DNA of 32,000 nucleotides from Alkalilimnicola ehrlichii MLHE-1 (lineage in GTDB: Bacteria > Pseudomonadota > Gammaproteobacteria > Nitrococcales > Halorhodospiraceae). The stretch's first letter is position 1; the number at the start of each line of letters is the position of its first letter. The DNA is taken from contig NC_008340.1 of assembly GCF_000014785.1 (NCBI RefSeq), forward strand, positions 1,290,001 to 1,322,000, written 5' to 3'. The translations under genes and the position numbers were made by a program. This document shows, piece by piece, positions 20,610-31,672 of this stretch. Below the pieces are notes generated by a model. The model was not told where the DNA came from and did not search any database. It saw nothing but the letters and a program-made list of their open reading frames with translations.

Positions 20610-21020
20610 TACCGGCGCTCTGTGCCCATTCGGCGCCGCCCTTTGCCTGCGGCGGCATCCCTCGTGGCCCCCTTCTGTTCGGGTTCAGACTCTAACCCCA
20701 CATTAGGCTGCAACAAGCCTGACAGGGGTGCCGCGCCACAATCCTCGGTAAGGTTTGTCGATAGCTGGCTCGAGATCGTCCGAGGGTACGCTGGCGCACC
20801 GACTTCGGTGGGGATTTCAGGGATTCTGTACGGACCTCAGTGTTGCCCCCCGGGCTCGGTACCCGTTTCGCAGAGGATGAGGCAATGGATGCGCCGTGGG
20901 CGACTACCAAAATGATCTTATTTTATGTTCGCCATCGAACGGAAGGTGAAACGGAATGGTCGTAGAGTAGTGATAAGCCGTTGTTGAAAAGCAACATAGT
21001 TGTAGCAAGGAGTAATAATT

Positions 21021-21098
21021 ATGATGAATAGCATTATCTGGGTGGTTGGCCTTGTCGTCATCGTCCTTTTCGTTCTCGGCTTTCTCGGCCTGAGATAA
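21021..21098 (+). CDS. 25-aa single-TM small protein (absent from ORF track)
   Basis: AAGGAG 8 nt upstream of ATGATGAATAGC...; translation MMNSIIWVVGLVVIVLFVLGFLGLR*, entirely hydrophobic with a terminal Arg. Confidence 0.6.
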   Translation: MMNSIIWVVGLVVIVLFVLGFLGLR

Positions 21099-21256
21099 GG
21101 AAAGAAATAACATAATAGGCCTACTGGAATAGCCAGTCGGCGCGAGGAGGGGCACCACGCAAAATAGAAACCGGGAACGGCTGAAACGGACGCCGCGCGC
21201 AGCAACCTGGTGGCCCTGCAGAATGACCCGAATCGCACGTCTTGGAGAACATCACC

Positions 21257-21571
21257 ATGAACACCTATGTCCGTTTATTTTCAGTTTTTCTGCTGGCATT
21301 CGCTCTTATCGGGCTGGCTGCCTGCTCCCCCACCGAGACCCGTCAGGCTCCGGGTGAGTACGTGGATGACAGCGTCATCACCACCAAGGTGAAGGCCGCG
21401 ATCTTCAACGACCCCGATCTCAAGGTCATGGAGATCAGCGTGGAAACCTTCCGTGGCGAGGTGCAATTGAGCGGTTTTGTCAGTTCACGGGCCGCCGCTG
21501 ATCGCGCTGTTGCTGTGGCAAGGGCAGTGGACGGCGTAAAGTCGGTGAAGGACGATATGCAGATAAAGTAG
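21257..21571 (+). CDS. BON-domain (OsmY-like) lipoprotein
   Basis: MNTYVRLFSVFLLAFALIGLAACSP lipobox, then DDSVITTKVKAAIFNDPDLKVMEISVETFRGEVQLSGFVSSRAAADRAVAVARAVDGVKSVKDDMQIK. Confidence 0.9.
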   Translation: MNTYVRLFSVFLLAFALIGLAACSPTETRQAPGEYVDDSVITTKVKAAIFNDPDLKVMEISVETFRGEVQLSGFVSSRAAADRAVAVARAVDGVKSVKDDMQIK

Positions 21572-21599
21572 GCCGGGCTCAACCGGTCGTGTCGGGGAT

Positions 21600-21877
21600 G
21601 AGCCGGCGGCGGCCTCGATGACCTCCCCGACGAACAGCGGGATCACTACAAAATTGCCGGTGAGCAACGCCCCCAGGAAACGCCAGTCCGCAAAGCCGTG
21701 GCGCAGCCGGGTGAGGGGGATCTGGGTAAACGTGCTGTAAAGCAGGGCACCCAGCAGAGGCCAGAGCAGGGGCTCCAGCAGCAGCCCCACCCCGGGCCGG
21801 ATCAGGCCGAGGCCCAACCCGGCCAGGATAGCCGCCAGCTAGATCCAGGATTGAAGCCGTTCAAGGGAGGTTTGCAT
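21600..21877 (-). pseudogene. 5' remnant of an ACR3/bile acid:Na+ symporter-like (arsenic resistance) transporter, with in-frame TAG
   Basis: Minus-strand reading from ATG 21877: MQTSLERLQSWI*LAAILAGLGLGLIRPGVGLLLEPLLWPLLGALLYSTFTQIPLTRLRHGFADWRFLGALLTGNFVVIPLFV. TAG sits at 21841-21839 where the family usually has an aromatic residue. Family-like sequence then ends near 21600. Confidence 0.7.
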
Positions 21878-22089
21878 GGGTGATTACCACAGACCCGCGC
21901 TCCAAGGAGAGCACTCGCGTCAACCAATGTACAATAGAGGGAGTGCTACTGTTTGCGCCTACCGGGGCGGAGTGACTACCCTCGGGGCTCTCAGCGAGTA
22001 CGCAGACGGCCCAATCGCCTTCCACGGCCGATCAGGCCCCAATAATAACTACAGCGTCGTCATCCAACGATCACCAATAAGAGGATCCC

Positions 22090-24324
<2,235 letters not shown>

Positions 24325-24349
24325 GGCCGCAACCGCTGACTTGTAGGGC

Positions 24350-24378
24350 GGTGGGCCCCGTGCAATGCGGGGCCCACC
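24350..24378. terminator. Perfect palindrome downstream of icd (terminator or REP-like element)
   Basis: GGTGGGCCCCG-TGCAATG-CGGGGCCCACC: 11-bp perfect stem with 7-nt loop, no strong T-tract. Confidence 0.6.
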
Positions 24379-24394
24379 ATTCTCACCGCAGTAA

Positions 24395-24632
24395 TCACCT
24401 TTCGGACTGCAACTCCGACAACACCCCCCGGAAACTCTCCAGCCCGGCCTCCAGGTTCTCGATGATCTCTTCGGCAATGTCGTCCGTCCGGCTCGGGCAA
24501 GTTGTCCTCGCTCCAGGTGGCCTGGCGCTGGTGGCGCGCCCCCGGCTTGTAGCGCTCGATGAACTCGCGCAGGTGCTCGTCGCGCAGCATGTGACAGAAG
24601 TTCCAGATCCTAGAGACGAGGTTCCCCGGCGT

Positions 24633-24636
<4 letters not shown>
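24395..24636 (-). pseudogene. Internally deleted, frameshifted type I restriction-modification M subunit (hsdM) remnant
   Basis: Minus-strand pieces: ATGAAC start at 24636; [16 protein letters not shown] (HsdM N-terminal type); [23 protein letters not shown]; DNLPEPD|[21 protein letters not shown] (HsdM C-terminal type), split between frames. Confidence 0.72.
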
Positions 24637-25634
<998 letters not shown>

Positions 25635-25670
25635 ACAGCCTCCTTGCTGTCGTGGTATGGGTCGATGGAT

Positions 25671-25766
25671 TCATGCCGTCGTCCCGGCCTTGCGCTTGAA
25701 GACGTCCATCACCACCGCGGATTTACGCTTCGCGGTCCAGCGCTTGATGGTCGCTTCGTTGCTCAT
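25671..25766 (-). pseudogene. Truncated 5' end of an IS transposase helper ORF (HTH leader)
   Basis: MSNEATIKRWTAKRKSAVVMDVFKRKAGTTA*: the IKRWTAKRKxAxV start is typical of IS3-type OrfA-like proteins, but only 31 codons remain. Confidence 0.5.
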
Positions 25767-25782
25767 GTCGTCCTCCTGATCG

Positions 25783-25809
25783 CCGCACTATAGCCTGTGC
25801 AGCTCTGGA
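25783..25809 (+). repeat. Copy 1 of a 27-bp direct repeat
   Basis: ccgcactatagcctgtgcagctctgga, 25/27 identical to 29401-29427. Confidence 0.75.
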
Positions 25810-25822
25810 GGGGGTCACTTCA

Positions 25823-28204
25823 TTACAGCGTCGTGACCAGCTCTCCGATTACTCTAAGTTCGGTCACGGCGTCCTCGGTTAGCTCAATATCCCGATAGCC
25901 AAAATGGCGACTCTCAGGCTTCAGCACAATCCGTGTGTGATACCACGACCCGTCATCTCCAACCGCTTTCTCGCTGTGATACCGTTTGATTGTGTAACGC
26001 TCCCCGGTATCATCATCCTGGATATCACGGTGTGCTACCAGAACAATCTTGCCTTCCCGAGTGCCGGCCGGATTCGCTCTAAAAACACACCATGAGCCGT
26101 TCGGGATGCGCTTATTCATGGACTCGCCAATAACGCGGGTAACAAAAAAATCTGGTTCGGGTCGGAGCCAATCAGGAAGTTGCATCCAGTCACAATCTTC
26201 TACTGATTGAGCATCGCTGAACTCGCCGGCAGCCACTGCTAGATCGAATACCGGAACAGCATTTTCAAAAGGCCTCACGTCCTCAGTGGCCAGAAGTGGG
26301 TAGGGAAGGGCTTCATAGTTAGCCGCCCGCATTACGGTATTGTTAGCGGGGGTTTCGATCTGTTTGCGGAACCAGGCGTTGGTCTCTGGGTCCGTGCAGA
26401 ATACAAAACAGCCCTTCATTCCGCGAGTCAGCAGCGTACGATAAGTGTTCTTGATGATTTCGTCGGCTAGGCGCTGAGCGTCTTCCGGGTCTTGTTTGTA
26501 GAGTTTTCGAATACCCCGAACCGATCGGTCCATTGAAGATCGTTTGCGCCCGTCAGTGATGATCTCACCGTCGCGGACTACTAAATCTGGACCTATGATG
26601 ACACCCACATAGTCAAGCTCCAATCCTTGAATGGTGTGAATACAGCCGATCTGTTCGACGGAGTGCTCGGCCAGGGCCCACAGGCTGCCGTCCTTAGTTA
26701 GGTTCCACTGGGCAGAGAAGTCATGTTCAGGAATTTCTATGTCCATGGCCGTTGGGTCCTTTTTGCTCTTCCAGTCCCAACAGTAACCTGCCACCATGCG
26801 AGCACGGTTATTGGCATTGTGCGCCAGCACCTCCCGCCGTAAATCCTGTGGTGATTCCATTACGCGGACGTCAAAATCAATAGATTCAACGTCTGCATTA
26901 GCGGTGTCTCGAATGGCCAAAAGGTGATCGACAAAAGCGAGATAGCCATCCGAGCCACCACAGCGGAACTGTGACGCCAGCCTGAGCTCTGTCACTTCGG
27001 CCCCGAGAGTCTGGGCCCAGTGGCGGATTTCGTTTCGGGTGCCAATATCCTTGAGGGTTACTCGCTGTGCCTCGTCCACAAAAAAGACGGACAGCCGGGC
27101 GGCATGCATAATCTCCTTTATCTGGTTCTCGCCTTGGTTTCCGTACAGGCCGCTCTTCTCGTTCAAACGGTGTGCCTCATCTACTAGCAATACGTCGAAG
27201 CAATCGGGCTCACTCTCCATAAAAGAGCCTGAACCTCGGAACAAGTTGCTGATGCGGCTCTTTTTGAAAGAACCAGTTAGCTTGGCCTCATATACCGCCC
27301 TAGGTGCCGCGTTTCTCGACACGTACTGGGAGACAAGGTCTCGGTCTGTCAGTTTGGCGAGGAGGTTGATAGCCAATACCGATTTTCCAGTGCCGGGTCC
27401 ACCTTCGATAATTAGCACCTGTTTTTCCCCATGCTGGGCTCTGTGGGCTAACTCCAGCGCCTTCTCGAACGCGACCTTCTGGTCATCGATCATGACGAAG
27501 GCGTCGTTGCCCTTCAGCATCGACAGGACCGCGTCCGCTAGACTGCGAGATGGCCGGATACGTCCATTCTCTATGCGGTACATGATGTCGTGCCGATCAC
27601 CATAGCGGACATGGCGCTTCAGAAAATCGGCAAGGCGCTCTGCATCACGGGAAATAAAGACCGGTGCGCGGGCAATATGCGACGCATACACCGGGTCATT
27701 CACCGCTCTGTCGTCATCAAGGTTGTGCAGATATGCGCAGGGCGCGAGGTGGATCGAGTCGGCACGAACAGTTTCGTTGTAGTCCTCAATCAGCGCCGCA
27801 TATGTCCAGGCTTGGTAGGAGGGGTGGCTGGTCTCCCGCCAAGCGCCGCCGAGTGGGGTGCAGATAATGCCGTCTTTACCCAGCGCCTCAGCCTGCTGCC
27901 ACTGTTTTAGCTCCACGATGACAGCAGTCTCTTCACGTCTGTCGCTCTGGCCGGTCAGGATGAAATCGATACGCTTGCTGGTCAGGGGGATGTGGTACTC
28001 GAGTGACACGCCGGCATCATCCGGGATTTCCGGGTCGACTAATAGGTTGGCCATGAATTGCAGCGAATTGCGCCAGGAGTCCACCTCCTTGGCAGCGACT
28101 GATCGTGAAAGACGCCGACGAAACTCCAGCAATATCTTTTCGTGGATCCGGTTGAGGCGTATATCCTCGACGAAGGCAGCCTTGTTCGCAGCATATACAA
28201 TCAT
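25823..28204 (-). CDS. PD-(D/E)xK nuclease-like + DUF2075 (Schlafen-type SF1) helicase + S24/LexA-like peptidase fusion
   Basis: 793 aa. N-terminal RIDFILTG...ETAVIVELKQW; Walker A IEGGPGTGKSVLAINLL; Walker B DVLLVDEAHRL; FFVDEAQR; GCIHTIQGLELDYVGVIIG; NTYRTLLTRGMKGCFVFC; C-terminal FFVTRVIGESMNKRIPNGSWCVFRANPAGTREGKIVLVAHRD...YTIKRYHSEK. Confidence 0.88.
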   Translation of the reverse strand: MIVYAANKAAFVEDIRLNRIHEKILLEFRRRLSRSVAAKEVDSWRNSLQFMANLLVDPEIPDDAGVSLEYHIPLTSKRIDFILTGQSDRREETAVIVELKQWQQAEALGKDGIICTPLGGAWRETSHPSYQAWTYAALIEDYNETVRADSIHLAPCAYLHNLDDDRAVNDPVYASHIARAPVFISRDAERLADFLKRHVRYGDRHDIMYRIENGRIRPSRSLADAVLSMLKGNDAFVMIDDQKVAFEKALELAHRAQHGEKQVLIIEGGPGTGKSVLAINLLAKLTDRDLVSQYVSRNAAPRAVYEAKLTGSFKKSRISNLFRGSGSFMESEPDCFDVLLVDEAHRLNEKSGLYGNQGENQIKEIMHAARLSVFFVDEAQRVTLKDIGTRNEIRHWAQTLGAEVTELRLASQFRCGGSDGYLAFVDHLLAIRDTANADVESIDFDVRVMESPQDLRREVLAHNANNRARMVAGYCWDWKSKKDPTAMDIEIPEHDFSAQWNLTKDGSLWALAEHSVEQIGCIHTIQGLELDYVGVIIGPDLVVRDGEIITDGRKRSSMDRSVRGIRKLYKQDPEDAQRLADEIIKNTYRTLLTRGMKGCFVFCTDPETNAWFRKQIETPANNTVMRAANYEALPYPLLATEDVRPFENAVPVFDLAVAAGEFSDAQSVEDCDWMQLPDWLRPEPDFFVTRVIGESMNKRIPNGSWCVFRANPAGTREGKIVLVAHRDIQDDDTGERYTIKRYHSEKAVGDDGSWYHTRIVLKPESRHFGYRDIELTEDAVTELRVIGELVTTL

Positions 28205-28572
28205 GAGGCAGAATCATCCTCGCGTTGATACCCAGTGTATTTGAGTGATGATCCCCACACCTTTTCGGCGGGATAGCGCTTTTCGTTGAGCGCCATCTTC
28301 TCCTCTACGGCTCTAGGAATATCTATACCCAGCTTATCTGCCAGCCTGAGCAGGTAAATCTGCACATCCGCGATTTCGTGCGCCGCTGCCTGATGCTGAT
28401 CCGGCGTGAGCTCGTGAGACTGCGCTTCTGTCATCCACTGAAATAGGTCTTGGAGCTCCCCCACCTCTCCTGACAGCGCCATCGTCAGGTTCTTGGGGGA
28501 GTGGAATTGGTCCCAGTTACGAGCCTCAGCAAAGGCGCGCGCTTTTTCGCGTAGCGTTTGGAAATCCGACAT
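28201..28572 (-). CDS. MazG-like nucleotide pyrophosphohydrolase
   Basis: 123 aa; LTMALSGEVGELQDLFQWM...HEIADVQIYLLRLADKLGIDI retains the ExxE..ExxD metal-binding pattern. Stop overlaps the next gene's start (ATGA). Confidence 0.9.
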   Translation of the reverse strand: MSDFQTLREKARAFAEARNWDQFHSPKNLTMALSGEVGELQDLFQWMTEAQSHELTPDQHQAAAHEIADVQIYLLRLADKLGIDIPRAVEEKMALNEKRYPAEKVWGSSLKYTGYQREDDSAS

Positions 28573-28596
28573 GGCAGCTTCCCATGGTTGATTTGG

Positions 28597-28806
28597 TTAA
28601 GGCAGTGGCTCACCCGTCAGGGTGAAGTAGAGCCGCTGGATGGTGCCGATGGGGACTTGACCGTCGGTGGGGTACTCGCGCACCGCCACGCCCCGGGTGG
28701 CCTGCGGGTTCAGTGCGGCCAGGCTTTGCACCGTCCAGCCGGAGGCGCGGAGCTGTTCATCGATGCGGTCGCGGGCGCGTTGTTCCGGGTTCTGGTTATT
28801 GGGCAT
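28597..28806 (-). pseudogene. Internally deleted remnant of type I restriction R subunit (hsdR)
   Basis: MPNNQNPEQRARDRIDEQLRASGWTVQSLAALNPQATRGVAVREYP (HsdR N-terminus) joined to DGQVPIGTIQRLYFTLTGEPLP*, resembling the internal helicase segment (..ISTIQRLYSMLKGE..) of HsdR. Confidence 0.7.
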
Positions 28807-29302
28807 TGTCGCGATAGCTGGCGTGCACCGGCACGGCGGCCTTCAACGTTTGCGCCACCACACAGTACCGTTCGGTGAGTTCCAGGAGCGTATCCAGTTG
28901 CTCCGCTGACGCGGGGGATTGCAGCGCGATCTCCAGGCGGATCTCCTTGAAACCCACCGGTGCCTCCTTCGAGATGCCCAGCGTGCCACGGAAATCCAGG
29001 TCCCCCTCAGCACGTAATGTGCACTCTTCGATGGGGATTTCCAAGGACGTTGCCACCGCCGATAAGGTGACACCGGCACACGCCACCAGCGCCTCCAGCA
29101 GCATGTCCCCGGAACAGGCCTGGGTGCCGGGACCACCGGTTGCGGGGTGCAGCCCGGCCTCGACCAGCGCCTTGCCGGTGGCCAGACTGCACGAGACCCC
29201 TTCGCCGACACGGCCCTCCGCCTTCAGCGTGACGAGGGCCGATTCCGGGGATTGACGGTATTGCTCCTTGAGCGGTGCCTGGATGGACCGGAGATCAGTC
29301 AT
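28796..29302 (-). CDS. OsmC family protein
   Basis: MTDLRSIQAPLKEQYRQSPESALVTLKAEGRVG...GGPGTQACSGDMLLEALVACAGVTLSAVATSLEIPIE...ERYCVVAQTLKAAVPV. ATG at 29302 is more likely than the track start. Confidence 0.88.
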   Translation of the reverse strand: MTDLRSIQAPLKEQYRQSPESALVTLKAEGRVGEGVSCSLATGKALVEAGLHPATGGPGTQACSGDMLLEALVACAGVTLSAVATSLEIPIEECTLRAEGDLDFRGTLGISKEAPVGFKEIRLEIALQSPASAEQLDTLLELTERYCVVAQTLKAAVPVHASYRDNAQ

Positions 29303-29400
29303 GGCGGGTTCCTCTTGGTTGCAAAAGTGCATAGGGAGGACTTGCCAGGGCGGCGTAGCCCCGCTGCCTCACGCAATTCGGGGCTATACAGCCCCTTCTG

Positions 29401-29427
29401 CCGCACTATAGCCTGAGCAGTTCTGGA
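29401..29427 (+). repeat. Copy 2 of the 27-bp direct repeat
   Basis: ccgcactatagcctgagcagttctgga, 25/27 identical to 25783-25809. Confidence 0.75.
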
Positions 29428-29454
29428 AGGAGGCACGGTGCCCGAGGCTATCTG

Positions 29455-29750
29455 CTAACTGACACTTTGAACGGCCCTGCATTTGGGATACCCCGAGCAA
29501 CCCCAGAATTGATTGCCTGCATTCGCGCCCCGCTTGGCCGTGCGCAAGACCATGTCGTTACCACACCTGGGACACTTCCGCTCTGCCGTCGGGTCGGACC
29601 GAGACCGGAGCTGTTGGACGTGCTGGCGATGCGTCTTCCGTGTTGGCTCCAATCGGCCAGACTTGATCTGCGACAGGAGGTCTTGTACCTCGGACTCACT
29701 CAGCACCGGCTCAGTGAATGACTTGATGTACGTGATGTAGGCGCCGCCCC
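29455..29750 (-). pseudogene. C-terminal part of NERD-domain protein (topoisomerase-type C4 zinc ribbon), separated by IS insertion
   Basis: ...AYITYIKSFTEPVLSESEVQDLLSQIKSGRLEPTRKTHRQHVQQLRSRSDPTAERKCPRCGNDMVLRTAKRGANAGNQFWGCSGYPKCRAVQSVS*. Joins in frame to the 31673-32000 half once the IS is removed. Confidence 0.88.
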
Positions 29751-31672
29751 CCCAAGTTCCACAGTTAACGCCGTAACTATCTGATCCTGTTAGGCCCGGA
29801 ATTCGAAAAATGCCACAACACGGTCAACGCGGGGCCTTCGGAACCTCCACGCCGGCGGCTTCGAAAAGGTCCAGCTGTTCCTGGTTGGGTCGGGTAAGCC
29901 CTTCGTAGGCGCGGCTACCCACACGCACCGTGTGCCGCTGGATTTGCCGCAGGCTCCGTAGCAGCTTTTCCGGTGAGCAGGCGCTGCCGGCGGCCTTGAG
30001 GCGCCCGCGCAAGACCCGGTAGAGCACCAGCGCGAGGAAGCAAATCATCGCGTGCGCCCGAATGCGCTCCGGCAGCCGGTGGTAGACCGGCGCGATTTCA
30101 ATCTCGCTCTTGAGTACCCGGAATCCACGCTCGATATCGGCCAGGGAGCGGTAACGCTCTACCACAGCTTCCGCCCCCATGTCGGTGAGGCTGGTAACCA
30201 GCAGTAGCTTGCCGTCCAGACGTTCGGCAGCCGCCCAGGCGGGCTCATCGATGGTGTAGCTGAATTGCGGCGAGCCGAGATCGGCCTTGATGATCGCGCT
30301 CATGCGCCTCTCCAGCACGGCCTTGTGGAAGCGCTGGTAGGCACTACGGTCGGTGGAACGCCGCCCACGACCGGGCTGGCCAGCATCCTGATTATCGAGT
30401 CGCTCGGCGAGTTGGGCACCAAGGGCGTCAAGCTCTTCGATGGTCTGCCGACGCTGCGCGCTCTGCTCGGCGGCCCGTTCGGCATTGTGGGCCACCACCA
30501 GGCGTCGGCCCTGCCAGGTGGTTTCGGTCACCACGTCCTGACTAGGCTCGGTGACGGCGGTTTCCAGTTGCGTATGCAGAGACTCCATCACCTCGGTGAA
30601 GTCCCCGTAACGCCGGGCGGGTACAGCCAGAATGTAGTCGACCGTCAGCCCCTGCTCGACGCCCAGTGCCTCCAGAGTGTCGATGTTATCGAAGCTGAGC
30701 AGGCCGCGGTCGGCGACCACTACCACGCGGGCGAGCGCGAAACGCTCCAGCAGACGTTCAATCATTGGGGCCAGGGTGCGCGTCTCGGCGACATTCCCCT
30801 CGAAGACCTCGTGGGCGATCGGCAGGCCTTCGGCAGTCTGGACCACCCCCAGCGCAAATTGGCGGCCAATACCGGCGGTGTCCTTGCTGAGGCCATGCTG
30901 ACGGATATCGTCTTCCATCGCATGGGTGCCGTGGATGCGTACCGTGGTGAGATCGTAAAAGATGACGCTGAGATCCTGGTCAAGCAGCGGCCGCAACTGG
31001 CCGGCTACCGCACGCTCCACGGCCTCCTTGTGGTCCTCCAACGCATCCATGGCACGCAGGAGTTGCTCGTGGTGCACGGTCGAGGCATCGAGCCCGGGCA
31101 TGCTGGTGCTCTCGCGCAACCACTCCAGCGTGCCGCGTTTGCTGCTCGGCTCAGCGAGGCGGTTGAAAACCATGGCTCGGATGAGTGCCTCGGCATCGAA
31201 CTGTCGTCGGGAGGAGCGCAGAGCCCGTTTCAAGGCCCCATCCAGGCCTAACTCCTGCCAGAGCTGATGGAGGGTCCACACATCGCCAAAGGCGCGGGCG
31301 GTCTCGAACTGAGGCGCTTCAGGCAATGATTCAGGACGCCCCACCGCCCGTTGGAGTCCCTTGATGAGCGGCTCCAGGTCAGCTGCCTCAAGCTGATCAA
31401 GGCGACCCAGGCTGGCTACCACACGCTGTTTAACCTTGCCGTTGGCGTCTCGGTAGCCCTCGACCAACTGCAAATAGCGGCGCGGGCCGGACTTTGTGAT
31501 GCGCGTGTACATGGCATGACATTATGCCACCCAGAGACCTGCAATCAATAGCCAGCTTAGGATTCGCGTGACACAACAGCGGCTTGGCTGGTTCTGGCCG
31601 CGCAGATCAATCGCTTCAAGCACTTACGTCCCACAACCCCTTGGGTTTTCGGTCTGAAGTGTGGAACTTGGG
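29751..31672 (-). mobile_element. Complete insertion sequence, IS1634/IS4-like, 1922 bp
   Basis: Terminal inverted repeats CCCAAGTTCCACA...TGTGGAACTTGGG (13/13, 18/22 extended), flanked by 6-bp direct repeats CGCCCC at 29745-29750 and 31673-31678; contains one transposase. Confidence 0.92.
29824..31512 (-). CDS. IS1634-type transposase
   Basis: 562 aa MYTRITKSGPRRYLQLVEGYRDANGKVKQRVVASLGRLDQL...VIFYDLTTVRIHG...VVVVADRGLLSFDN...YRSLADIERGFRVLKSEIEIAPVYHRLPERIRAHAMICFLALVLYRVL. Confidence 0.93.
   Translation of the reverse strand: MYTRITKSGPRRYLQLVEGYRDANGKVKQRVVASLGRLDQLEAADLEPLIKGLQRAVGRPESLPEAPQFETARAFGDVWTLHQLWQELGLDGALKRALRSSRRQFDAEALIRAMVFNRLAEPSSKRGTLEWLRESTSMPGLDASTVHHEQLLRAMDALEDHKEAVERAVAGQLRPLLDQDLSVIFYDLTTVRIHGTHAMEDDIRQHGLSKDTAGIGRQFALGVVQTAEGLPIAHEVFEGNVAETRTLAPMIERLLERFALARVVVVADRGLLSFDNIDTLEALGVEQGLTVDYILAVPARRYGDFTEVMESLHTQLETAVTEPSQDVVTETTWQGRRLVVAHNAERAAEQSAQRRQTIEELDALGAQLAERLDNQDAGQPGRGRRSTDRSAYQRFHKAVLERRMSAIIKADLGSPQFSYTIDEPAWAAAERLDGKLLLVTSLTDMGAEAVVERYRSLADIERGFRVLKSEIEIAPVYHRLPERIRAHAMICFLALVLYRVLRGRLKAAGSACSPEKLLRSLRQIQRHTVRVGSRAYEGLTRPNQEQLDLFEAAGVEVPKAPR

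Noticed and set aside
20622-20915. Small ORFs between the CheB/CheR fusion and the 25-aa peptide
   Set aside because: No convincing RBS or recognisable motifs in either strand; treated as intergenic.
25823-29427. Composite transposon interpretation as a firm call
   Set aside because: Only short imperfect 27-bp direct repeats and a 31-codon transposase stub are present, with no intact transposase or TSD, so it is reported only as a lead.
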